Below, in pieces: positions 26,019 to 39,849 of a DNA stretch of 64,000 nucleotides (its first letter is position 1; each line of letters begins with the position of its first letter). The stretch spans positions 62,001 to 126,000 of the forward strand of contig NW_003314384.1 in assembly GCF_000143415.4 (NCBI RefSeq), in the 5' to 3' direction. Below the pieces are notes generated by a model. It did no database searches and had not been told where the DNA came from. It saw only the letters and a list, made by a program, of their open reading frames with translations. Made by a program: the position numbers and the translations under genes. The stretch is from Selaginella moellendorffii. Lineage: Eukaryota; Plantae; Lycopodiophyta.

Positions 26019-26186
26019 TGGCCTAGCTTGGATTTTGGAGAGCGGAATATCCAGTGATATATCCCCTTAAACCCCAAGGGGTTAAATCCGACGGCCTGGA
26101 TCTCCCCACGGCAGCGCCCCACAAGCGGAGCCCTATTGACGGCGTCCGCCATAGCCAGGGTTAGGGCTTGTGAGAAAATTTTCCTT

Positions 26187-28141
<1,955 letters not shown>

Positions 28142-28294
28142 TCTTCTCCATTTCGTGTCATATAATTGTTCTTTCTTAGCGAAGAGATTGACCACACTCG
28201 AAGCAAAAGCACTGTACAGTTTGATCTATCCTGTATACAATAACTACAGTGGAGATTGAAACTTTCAAACGCTGCAAGCATATGCTTTGAATCG

Positions 28295-29285
28295 GGTTTT
28301 TCTAGGGTTTTGGGGAGGTTGTCGGGCGCTCTGTCGGCAGGAGCGCCTCACGATTCACTAATGGTGCGATTGAAGAGGCACGGCAAGAGATTTGGGATCA
28401 AGAACAAGGTCTTGTCGTGGCGATCCAGAGTGTAAGTCGAGGAATTCCTGGCATTTGTGTGGTGTTTGAGTCGTTTTTTCCGAGCAGCGACGGTCTACTG
28501 CAATGTGCTGGTCCAGGCATTTGCGAACGAGTAAAAGATTTGACTCGAGGTAGTGGAACTCGATCGATTCATCGGGAATAGATTCTGGAGAAAGGAGAGC
28601 TCCAAAGTTGCTGGGAAAGAGAGAGAGGTCCAGAGGTTCGATATGACGCTTAACCCAGAGACCGAGCGCGATAAGTATGATCCAGCGTTTCATGCGTGAA
28701 CTTTGCTGTTGATCCAAACAGATCCTCGAAGAAGCAGGTATTGGCGATGAATGTTCTTCACTTTCCTGGTTCTTACTTTGATGGTTTTGACAGGCTCTAG
28801 AGCTTATTAGGGAGCTACAATCGCATTTCCCAACGAGAGCGCTAATGCTCTCCGTGTCAACCAAACATTGGCAGAAACTGCTGGAGGGACTGGCTGATTT
28901 GGCGGACGGACTTGTGGTGAGCGAGCTTTTATCTTTCTTGGTTTCTCGGACAGAAACTCTTGGATCTTTTTCTTCCCAGGTTTGTCGAGTCGAGCTGGCC
29001 ATTTTCGTGTGTGCGACGCGCTCATCTGAGAGGGCTGCGGGAAGCTGGACATGGTTTCCACCCGTGCACAAAGACCACGATTAAGAAGACGAAGCAGCAG
29101 CAAATCAAGCTGAGAGGATCCAAGTCTCTTACGTCGAGTCTCAAAAGACTCACAGCTATCACTGCTGCTCGGGCTACCTCCGATCCAGGCAAGAGATGCC
29201 TGACTTGAGATGCAATCCCAAAGAGTTCCACGAGCACTACAAGAGCGATTGACCTGGATTCGCTCCCATTTTCACAGCTTCTTAC
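28295..29285 (+). pseudogene. Degraded, intron-retaining duplicate of the SBDS gene
   Basis: Colinear similarity to 31730-33005, including introns, with many short deletions and frameshifts. Confidence 0.9.
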
Positions 29286-29437
29286 GTAACCTTCTCAAAC
29301 GTTCCTTGCTTCACAATCACCTCCAGTCAGCACAATAGTTTGGATTCGTCAGTCCCCCTGTCGATAGGGAGTGATAGGATCTTCGACGGTATAAGATCAA
29401 AGTATATTCTTGATTTTAAGATTGAACGGGGCTTAAT

Positions 29438-31669
29438 TTAAGAAACAAGAGCACCAACTCGCGAATAATACTGACTTTCAAACTCAAGGTTTTCATCCTC
29501 GTCAACGATCGCTAGGGCCTCCAACTTCTCTATCAGTTGTTGTCTCCTCAGAGAAGAGTAGCCAGTAAGGCCGTTTTCAAGCGCCATCATCCTGAGCTGC
29601 TGCATCGTCATGGCTTGGAAGTCTATGGGCTCAAACGCCAACTCGTCAAGCTTTTCTACGCTATCTTCTGGCTCGGGAATATCTGCACATAACTGCGACT
29701 GCTCATCACCAAGAGTCTGTATGAGAACCTTAGCTTGCATAATTCCTGCACATTCCAGCCGGTTAACCATAAACAAGGCAAAAACCACAGGGAAACCAAT
29801 GCTTAAGTACCTCTCACTCCCTTGTTTGATACGCGGTGCTGCTTGTTCCGATAGCTCTGGTAGCCGAAGTCTGGATAATTGTCCCTCGAAAGAAAGAACA
29901 AAAGTAGGAACCTCTCAGGGTAATCTTCCTTGTTGTACTCCTTGTTCCAGGCCTCCAAGGCAGCCAGTCCGCCTTTAATCGCTTCAAACGGAACCGGATG
30001 ATACTTAGCTGTGGTAGCCTGCCCCAAAGTTCCAGGGAGAATGGCAAAGTCGTAGCTGCCATTTTTCTTCCTCAGTGGCCTCCATACGTAATTAACAGCA
30101 TCGGCACCTGCAGTACAGAAGTGTTAAGCTAAAATCTTGTCTATTATCGGATATACTTACCAGCATTGGAAAGCGCCTCTTTCAGATCACCCCTAAAATA
30201 TCTCAGTCGAAGCCTGCGTGTCGTTGTTAAGACCTCGTCACCTGGTTTTCCCTCGCAAGAAGCGCATCGCCACTTCAGCGGCACTGGAGCTGTCTCGAGG
30301 ACGCACAGATAATGATACCATTTTTTGCATACGCCACACGCGATCCAGTTGACAGGGCCTTCCCCGCAGTCCATCCGCGAATTGCATTTAGTGCAATGCT
30401 TATCGTCGACCTGTAACACGGGGGTCAGAGACAAACGGGAAAGAAAGCACAACTCACCATAAGAACAGCGCTGATGGGCGACTGAAGAACCTTTGCCACA
30501 ACATCCTGTTCAAACAGGAAACCGCCAAGAGCACCAAGTCCGGGATCTCTGGAGTCCAGCAACACGATCAGGTCATGACGGTTTGCAGTTGGGATGCTTG
30601 AAGTGAACTTGTACTTGATCTTCGACGATGCAAAATCGATGAGGTACTTGTAACCAGCGGCTTGGGGTCTTTTGAGGTGTAGCAGCATCCATGAGATATC
30701 ATCAGATTCTGCTCCAGCAGCTATTGCTCGATACACCTTTCCTACATCCGTCTTAAAGAGCGCCGTATCCACGAACCTTTCCAGTTCAATATCGGTCAGC
30801 AGCCTCGGCTCAAGCTGCCAAAGCTTACGAGGGACTCCACCAAACCACTTGTAGTAAGTGTCTGCTACCCCGACGCGAATGCGGATCAACCCTGCCTCGT
30901 CTCTCAAGTTTCCTGCGATCACCTTATCGTTTGCATCGTCTCCTTCTCTCTCTTGAACCTCGTAAGTGTTCTTGAGCTCATCTTCCATCATGGTGTCCGT
31001 CTCCTCCAAAGAGCAGCCCTGGAGCTCACAAGACTGCTGCATCTCGAGCTGGCTAGCTCGCTTCTCCAACTGGCTAGCTTCCTCCTCCCAGAGCTTAACC
31101 AAGGCGTCGAACTCGCAAGGATACAAGTAGACTCTAGCGAGCTGTCTGTCTGGATAAGCATTCTTCACGTTGGCGGGATCTGGAGATGCCGCAACCAGCA
31201 CCCTTTTGCCCAGAGCGTCGCTCGGCTCAATCTTCTGATTGATCAAGTGCCACTTTGCGGGACGGAGAGATGTCGCCTGGAACTGGGATTTGGGAGTCAG
31301 CTCAACTCCCCCGTTTGAGTCGAAACTCCAAACGTAATTGCCCGACTGATAGACGAGCACAAACGGTCTCTTCCCCATGTCGATGGCGTATCGGATGATG
31401 AAGTACCAGAGAAAGGCAGACTTGCCAATCCCCGGATTCCCAGTGAGGTGAACCAGCCAGCTCCCGGGCTTTCCAACAAGGACTGATCTGTAGAGGGAAT
31501 CGAAATCTCTCCTCACCAGGAGCCTCTTGATTCTCTCGTCTGGGCCTCTCACCTCTTTTATCTCCACAGGCACCGACAGATCCAACACTTTGCCCGCTTC
31601 GTATGCGTCCGTGCCCAGCTCTCGCACACCGGCCCACCATGCTTCCAGCGTTCTCTGCCATTCATCCAT
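29438..31669 (-). CDS. Crinkler/RHS-type P-loop NTPase + PHD finger + PD-(D/E)XK-like nuclease + C-terminal Rho-N/HeH domain; 4 exons
   Basis: Exons 31669-30458, 30410-30161, 30107-29811 and 29745-29438 join in phase at GT-AG sites. Motifs: LTGNPGIGKS, VAASPD, FGGVPR, GFLFEQ, C4HC3 PHD, YVWRP..NGSYDFAILPGTLGQATTAKYHPV, DFQAMTMQQLRMMALENGLTGYSSLRRQQLIEKL. Confidence 0.8.
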
Positions 31670-31751
31670 AAACCCCAATCTTGGCCAACTTCTTGGAACC
31701 TTTAATTCTAGAGAATATTCGCAACTAGGGTATTTTTAGGGTTTTTGGGCG

Positions 31752-33051
31752 ATGTCGCGGACTCTGGTGCAGCCGGTGGGGCAGAAGCGCCTCACGAATG
31801 TGGCGGTGGTGCGATTGAAGAAGCACGGCAGGAGATTTGAGATCGCGTGCTACAAGAACAAGGTCCTGTCGTGGCGATCCAGAGTGTAAGTCGAGGAGTT
31901 CCTGGCATTTGTGTGGTGTTTTGAGCCGCGGGTTTTTGTTGTCCGGGCAGCGAGAAGGATATTGACGAGGTTCTCCAGACGCACACGGTCTACTGCAATG
32001 TTTCCAAGGGGATTCTGGCCAAATCCAAGGAGCTGGTCGAGGCATTTGGGACGGCGGACGAGGAGAAGATTTGCCTCGAGGTAATGGAATTCGATCGATT
32101 CATCGGAATTGGTTCAAAGTTTCTTCTTGAGCTAGATTCTGGAGAAAGGAGAGCTCCAAGTCGCTGGGAAAGAGAGAGAGGTCCAGCTCTCCAGCCAGTT
32201 TCGAGATATCGCGGGGATTGTCATGGACAAGACGCTAAACCCAGAGACCGAGCGGCCATTCACGATAAGTATGATCGAGCGTTTCATGCGTGAAGTTCAC
32301 TTTGCTGTTGATCCAAACAGATCCTCCAAGAAGCAGGTATTGGCGATGGATGTTCTTCAGCTTACTTTCGTGGTTTTGACAGGCTTTGGAGCTTATCAGG
32401 GAGCTACAATCGCATTTCCCGATCACAAGAGCGTTGATGCGCCTCAAGCTCTCCGTGTCAACCAAGCATCGGGAGAAACTTCTGGAGGGACTGGCTGATT
32501 TTCAAGCGAAGATGGAGAGCCGGGATGAGGCGGACGAAGCTTTCATTGTGGTGAGCGAGCTTTTATCTTTCTTGGTTTCTCGGACAGAGACCCTTGAATC
32601 TTCTTCTTCCCAGGTTTGTCGAGTCGAGCCTGGCCATTTTCGTGCGTGCGACGCGCTCATCCGAGAGTGCTGCGGGAAGCTGGACGTGGTTTCCATGGCT
32701 GTGCACAAAGACGACGATGAAGAAGACGAAGCCGACGAACCAGCAACAAATCAAGCCGAGAGGATCCAAGCTCTTACGTCGAGTCTCAAGGATTCGCAGC
32801 TGTCAGAAGGGACTGGATCAAACAACTCGCGTCCTCCTCCTGCTGCTACCTCCGATCCGGGCAAGAGATGCTTGACTTGCGATGCCGTGATTGGCGATCC
32901 CAAGGAGTTCCGCGAGCACTACAAGAGCGATTGGCACAAGCACAACCTCAAGAGGAAGCTCAAGCAGCTATCGCCACTGAGCGCCGAGGAGTGTAGCTTG
33001 GATTCGTCAGTGGTGGACTATGTCAACGATAAGGACGATTACTCGCGCTAG
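31752..33051 (+). CDS. SBDS: Ribosome maturation protein SBDS/SDO1 with C-terminal C2H2 finger, multi-exon
   Basis: [38 protein letters not shown]; [15 protein letters not shown]; [21 protein letters not shown]. Confidence 0.95.
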
Positions 33052-33293
33052 AAGAAAATGTAGTTGCTCAAGTGGTGTTAATAAAAGAGAAAATTTCCAA
33101 AGCATACGTCAGGTGTTCGAATCTTCTCAGTTCTAGTTTCCGATTGGTCTAGAAAGAAAAGAGTTTTTACACGGCAGCAGCAACGTGGGCATTGCTGGCC
33201 GATCCTATCCGTCCATCTGGATCCTCGTCATAATTGCGGAATGTTCGTGTTTTTCTGCCATTTCCCTCTCTTGAGATCGACGAAGAGTAGGCG

Positions 33294-35451
33294 ATGGCGA
33301 TGGCGTTGGCGTTGGCGGCAGCCATAGCTCGCGCGGCGGGGAGATTTTCGATTCAGTCGCGGGCGCTGGCAACGGCGGCGTTGGAGGTAGAGATCATGTA
33401 GGTTTGTTTGGTTTGATCCTCTGCTTCTTTCTCGTCACAGCAGAGCTACGATGCTGCTCTGGACGAAACAGCTGCGCAGGTCTTGATCGATCATCGTTTC
33501 TGAGCCGGAATTTCTCACACCGTTGCTTGCTTGCATGCTTGCTCCAGTTTAAGAAGAGCGTCCAGCACTTCGCTGCGGAGCATATCGCTCCACACGCTGC
33601 TACCATCGATGCCACGAATTCGTTTCCAAAGGTTTGTTTTGAGCAGCATTTTCCCGTTCCATTCTTTTCTTTCCTTGGGTGTTTCGATTTGAGATTTTCT
33701 TTTGCGTGGACAGGATCGGAATCTCTGGAAGCTGATGGGAGACTTCAACTTGCACGGAATCACTGCTCCTGGTGAGTATAGATAGCACTTTATAGTTTTC
33801 TTCTTCTTCCTTGTCAATTCCAAAGTTTAATGTCAGAGAAGTATGGGGGGCTTGGTTTGGGCTACTTATACCACTGCTTGGCTATGGAGGAGATTAGTCG
33901 TGCTTCCGGATCGGTTGGGCTTTCATACGGTGCTCACTCCAACCTTTGCATCAACCAGCTGGTATTTAGTATGTTTCGCTCGGGACGTTTCTTTGTTCTT
34001 AAAGCTGTCTATCGACGTGTTTCTCACAGGTCAGGAATGGCACTGAGGCTCAGAAGGAGAAGTACTTATCTCAGGTGCATATCTATCATCGTGTTTGGAA
34101 GTGGTTTTCTTACGCGATTGTTGGTGTCATAGTTGATAAGCGGGGAACACGTTGGAGCACTGGTGATGAGCGAACCGAATTGTATGTATCTTTTATTTAT
34201 TTATTTGTTTTTATAATGTTTTGGCTGGATTATAAGGAGGCATGGTATTGACCTTTATTTGCAGCTGGTTCTGATGTGGTGAGCATGAAATGCAAAGCCG
34301 AGCGTCGGGACAAGGGATATGTTCTAAATGGAAACAAAATGTGGTGCACAAATGGACCTGTTGCTAACACTTTGGTGCGTCTTTTCTTCCTTTAGGCCTT
34401 CGTTTTACTAATGTGTGATTTACCAGATTGTATATGCTAAGACTGACAATAGTGCGGGAGCTCACGGAATAACGGCATTCATTATTGAAAAGGGAATGGA
34501 AGGGTGAGGTTTCGTGCTGTATGTTGCTGCCAGTCTAACAATTAACTCCTTCCAGATTCACGACCGCTCAAAAGCTAGACAAACTTGGAATGCGTGGAAG
34601 TGATACGTAGGTTGTCAATCTTTTACATTGTAAGAACACATGTCCTAACATTTTTATTTAGATGCGAGTTGGTGTTTCAGGACTGCTTTGTGCCTCCGGA
34701 GAACATTCTTGGTCAGGAAGGAAAAGGTGAGTCTGCTGGGTTTCAAGATTGAACTTGTTACCAGCAGCGTATCAACAGGTGTTTATGTGATGATGTCTGG
34801 GCTGGATTTGGAGAGGCTTGTATTGGCATCTGGTCCTTTGGGTCTCATGCAAGCTTGCATGGACGTGGTTCTTCCCTATGTGCGACAAAGGGAACAATTT
34901 GGAAAGCCTATAGGAGAGTTTCAACTTATACAGGTGACTCTGTCATTTGTCTATCTCAATCAGATAGAGCTTTGATATTTACAGGGAAAGCTAGCTGATA
35001 TGTACACTAAGATGCAAGCATCCAGGTAGAATGTTGATTTGCCGGCATTTGTTTTCTGAATTGCCTACGATTTGGTCTCAACAGGGCTCTAGTTCATTCT
35101 GTTGCTCGAAGCTGTGATGCTGGTCACATAGATAGAAAGGTGAGATTCAACTTACAAAATGCTGTGAATTTCTAGACTAAAGCGCTTTGTCCACAGGATT
35201 GTGCTGCAGCTATTCTTTTTTCATCAGAGAATGCAACTCAAATGGCTTTGCAGGCAAGCTCTTTCATGATTCTACTTTGTTCCTAACTCTCAGATCATGT
35301 CCAGGCTATCCAGTGCCTAGGTGGGAATGGCTATGTAAACGAGTATCCCACTGGAAGGCTGTTGAGAGATGCAAAACTATATGAGATTGGAGCTGGAACA
35401 AGTGAAATAAGGAGAATGTTAATTGGAAGGCAGCTCTACAAAGATGAATAA
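33294..35451 (+). CDS. IVD: Isovaleryl-CoA dehydrogenase, mitochondrial, multi-exon
   Basis: [40 protein letters not shown]; [16 protein letters not shown]; [25 protein letters not shown]. Confidence 0.95.
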
Positions 35452-35489
35452 ATCAAAATCAAATACCTTTTACCTTTATTTTTTCGGTT

Positions 35490-36140
35490 TTACTTGAGTT
35501 CATATATAATGTATATAAACCCATCATCTCCTACAGAAGCTGCTGTTGTGATCCTACAATTATAAATATTACATTGAGTATTTAACTATTTCAGCAGTTT
35601 TAATTACCAAATTTCAGATTGAAGTCCCACTGTTCCATGTTCTCCATAAAATAGAGTTTCCTATATAAGTAGAAATTAGATTACATCCAGTAATAGTTAA
35701 TCTATATTGATTGCATGGAGAGACTAGAGAGTTAGATTGAGTAAGCACAGTAAATATATCATTAAGCATTATGAATTTTTTTTTAGTATTAAGGTGCAGA
35801 TACCTTTTAGCATTCAATAATTTTTATTTTACACCAATATAATCTATAGTAGCAGTCAAATATCCATCCACTTAAAACAACATTACATATGCCACCAGAT
35901 TTCTTGCTATATATCCAAATGCTAAGCTTAACTATTCTACTGTTTTTATAATTTGTCTAACTAAAACAAGTATTTGTATATGCTTACTTTTTTATCATGT
36001 AACATTTTATTGAAAATATATATAACAAGTAATTTGTGATGGCAGTTTTGGGGGGGAATACACTTCCCTATAAGTTTGCACAAGTTTTTGTTAAGTTGCC
36101 CACACCTCCCTTCATGTGTATGACTTACAAAATAATATTT
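35490..36140 (-). pseudogene. Degraded paralog of the B-lectin gene at 38828-39703
   Basis: SNSLVSPCNQYRLTITGCNLISTYIGNSILWRTWNSG matches SNCLVSPNSQYKLAIAGCNLIFTYQGNNVKWRTWNNG; stops, frameshifts and a deletion present. Confidence 0.85.
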
Positions 36141-38827
36141 AGACACAATTTTTTTAAGCATATATATATATATATATATATGCTTAATTGGTTGTCTTGA
36201 TTAATTGGTGTACATTAGGTAGGATCACCACTTAAAAGAGTTTATTCTTGGTAGAAACATCCCTTCATCAATCAATTGAGCTCTTAGACACTCCATGACA
36301 CTATTGCATCATTACTCATTGCATGCTCAAAATCTATCCTCAATGAGATAGATGAAAAAAAAATCAAAAAATCAAAAGAATTAAAAGATCTTTATCAATC
36401 TTCTCTCTAATGAGTAATGGCATCATACCAATAGGAGTTCAAGTGATGGCAACTTAATTTGATTAAGAAACATTCTTTCTCTCTAATTGAAGCTAAAATT
36501 GATAAGAATCTCACTCATAAATCATGTGACTCCATTGTGGAGGGATTCTTTATTAATCATGTTATTATGGATAGCATCTTTATTAGAATCATGCAAGAGG
36601 AGGTCATGAAACTCCAATAAATTCTCTCATAAATTGTTCTTTTTTGTTGCTTACAAGAATGATTTGTGTGTGGGAGTTTAAATATAAAAGAAAAGAGCTT
36701 ATGAATAAAAGTGCATTTCCTTTTTCAATCAATTAAGGGTTTTAGGATATTTAAGGTTAAACATCCTTAGTATTGGGCTCTAAAAAGTCCAAATTTAGGA
36801 GGTATAAGCTTACAAATCTTTGATATAATCAATAAATACATTTTTATACAAATTTACAAATAAAATGTTGAGTAAGAAAACAAACAAAAAAATGCAATCT
36901 ACCTTGCTCTAGATGGTGCATGCATGAACATCCACAAACATATACTGAAAGTTTTGCATCTTGCACTTTCCACTTGTAACTTGCAATAAATGATTTTTAT
37001 TCTAGACTTTTTGCATCTCAACAAACCTTGACAAGACTATTTAGTGCATTTTTAAGAGAAAGAAAATGGAACATTACAACTACCTTCTTACTCACCCAAT
37101 CCATCTGAAAAGCAAAGAGAATCAATGCTCTGCAAACACAGAAAGTAATAAGGGTGGTAAAACCTACAATAGACTCAAGCTTTGGGCTCTTTTGAATCTT
37201 ATAATCCAACACTCTTGATAAACATGTGTGAAGTAGAATTGAGAAAGTCTTCACTAGATGTCTCATGCTCCTTCATGGAGAAATGCTTGAACTTTGGCAT
37301 TCTTGAGTCTCACAAGAGCTGGCAAGCCACACAGTTTGATCAATTGGGGCCTCCAGACAAAGCTTTCTTTTCTGTTGCTACATATTTGCAAGTGCAGTAA
37401 GCAATTGAGATCAAAAACCAACAATACTACCTATATGAGACTCATTATCCTCAAAGTCTAGAGCAGTGGATGGAAGTTTGGATGCTAAACATGTCAAGGG
37501 TATATACTGGTGGTATCGTGCCAACGCTCTTTGGCGACCACTTGTTCTCCTCCCTGAAATAAATTGTGCAATTTGACAACCCCCAGATTGAGAGGCTTGA
37601 GATTGATCTCAAAGTTCTCATAACTTATCAAGTGGTTGACCTCTAATATGCTCCACTGGCACATTTACTCAAACTATAGTTCAAGCTCTCATGGTAAACT
37701 CTATGAAAACCACTACCACCTTCGGCATTTTGATGATTGAGCTGTAATCTGAGCTCTCCTCCTGGTAACAATTATGTTGGTGGTGGTGATCATGCTGGTA
37801 ATTATCATCCTTTCAGTAGTGTCTAGCCAACAAAGATCTTACTCAGTTGCCATTTGAGGAAGGATCTTCTAATGGTTCCTGCTGCAGCACTAAATACGAT
37901 ACAGGCCTTTGGTGCTTCTTAAGCTGTACTAAAATCTCCCTATGATACAAATACTCATTCAAGTGATTTGTAACCTCCCAGAACCTGCTACACTTCTGGC
38001 CACCATCAAGCTCCTCTTCAACCCCTCTTGGTACAATGCCATTGCCCTACTGCCTAATCATGTGCTTAAAATCCACTCTCAAGTCTTTTTTGTGATATCA
38101 CTTTGTTTAGGATGACATGGTAGTCTTGCAGATCATGCCCCATGCATACATAGCATGTCCCATGTAAAACATATTATGCACATAATTACGTTTTTATTGC
38201 TTTTATAGCAATCAAAACATGATTTTGTGCACAATATTTTTGCATACAACTCAAAAAAAAAAAAAAAAAAAACTGCACATATGTAAATATATAATGCTCC
38301 CATGCACAATCACATTATTTGCTGCCATAAGTACATAATATTGTATCGATATCTGTTGGCTCTATATAATTGTAAAGTGTTAGAGCTTTCTAAAAAATTC
38401 CATTATTGAAATTTTTTATTAAATTAAAAACAGAAATCAAAGTAATTAGACTCTTTAATAAATAGATATAACTATTCTCAAAGAGCTTTGATGTTTATAG
38501 GGAAAACTAATTGATATGTACACCAAGATGCAAATACCAACAAAAAATTTAAATTGCCAGTGTTTATTTTGTTTGTAAATGCTTTATGATTTGGTTTTAA
38601 CATGGCTTTTGTTCCCTCTTTTGCTTAAGCTTGTCACATGGATAAAAAGTATTCAGCATAGAAAATTGAATTCATTTTTGTAGAGTTGCTTTGTATTTAA
38701 CATTCGCCTTATTCAGTTACTCTAGAAAACCATAGAATCAATTTCCATTATCTTTTTTCAAAGATGAAAAGATGCCTTTACCTTTATTGTTTACTCAGGC
38801 ATGTTTTAAATCATATGCAATTTCATG

Positions 38828-39703
38828 TTATGGAAAACGATGTATTATCCTTCTTGTGTTCATATAGAGAATATATATAAATCCATCATCTTCTACAGAA
38901 ACTACTGTTGATATTCTACAATTATAAGTATTACATTGAGTATTTGTACTCCATATTTTAACTCCATTAGAATTTTTAATTACTAAATCACCATTAGCTT
39001 GTAGATGCAACCAACAATCATCCCCATTATTCCATGTTCTCCATTTCACATTGTTTCCCTGATAAGTAAAAATCAAATTACATCCAGCTATAGCTAATTT
39101 ATATTGACTGTTTGGGGAGACTAAACAGTTAGAATTAATCAGATAAGCACCCAACTCTAACGCATCACCACTTATAAGGCTTGACCTGTATATCCAGCAA
39201 TTAGATATATCACTAAACATTGTGATATTTCTTATAGATTCACTAATATTAAGGTCTTGGTAGAACAAAGGGGCATTTACAATTTTATACTTTACACCAA
39301 CATAACCCATTGTAGCAGCAATATGTCCATAATAATAGCCTTCTGCCTGGTGTATAACCTCTATTACAAGTGCTGCTAAGTTACCAACTATCTCTCTTCC
39401 TAGTGCTCCAGTGTTGGCTAAACAAATGTTGCAAATACCACCAGGTTTTCTACAATATATCCAAAGACTGAGCTCAACTAATTTACCAAATGAAAGCTCT
39501 TGAGTAATTGTCCAAGTATAAGCACCATAGTAATTGCGTGTGATATCTATTTTATCATCTAGCATTTTATTAAAATAATAAGCAATTTTGTGAATATCTT
39601 CTAGATGTATATAATTTATAAGTGTTAGAGCGTCCCAATTTATATCACAATTTACATAATTAGAGAACATTATTAAAGAAAGGAAAAAAACCCAAATACT
39701 CAT
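38828..39703 (-). CDS. Secreted protein with C-terminal bulb-type (GNA/B) lectin domain, intronless, AT-rich
   Basis: Hydrophobic signal peptide; L..G..L....LVSPN..Y.L, W.T, LHLQANGDLVIKNSNGVKIWSTNT, VEDDG.I.I. Confidence 0.75.
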   Translation of the reverse strand: MSIWVFFLSLIMFSNYVNCDINWDALTLINYIHLEDIHKIAYYFNKMLDDKIDITRNYYGAYTWTITQELSFGKLVELSLWIYCRKPGGICNICLANTGALGREIVGNLAALVIEVIHQAEGYYYGHIAATMGYVGVKYKIVNAPLFYQDLNISESIRNITMFSDISNCWIYRSSLISGDALELGAYLINSNCLVSPNSQYKLAIAGCNLIFTYQGNNVKWRTWNNGDDCWLHLQANGDLVIKNSNGVKIWSTNTQCNTYNCRISTVVSVEDDGFIYILYMNTRRIIHRFP

Positions 39704-39849
39704 TTTGATTAAAGAAACAGAGGTGTCGCTTTATATGAACCACTTTTGAATTCTTCCAAACATAATAAAGTTACATAATAGTTAAAGTTATGCTGAAAGC
39801 AATTAAGGGTTTTGGAAACTTCAAGGTTAGGGTTTTTGCTACCTCCGCC

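Noticed and set aside
28358-29071. 237-aa minus-strand ORF
   Set aside because: Antisense frame across the SBDS pseudogene.
36900-38200. Moderately GC-rich stretch that may be a decayed gene or transposon
   Set aside because: No motif or terminal structure could be recognised; needs a translated search.
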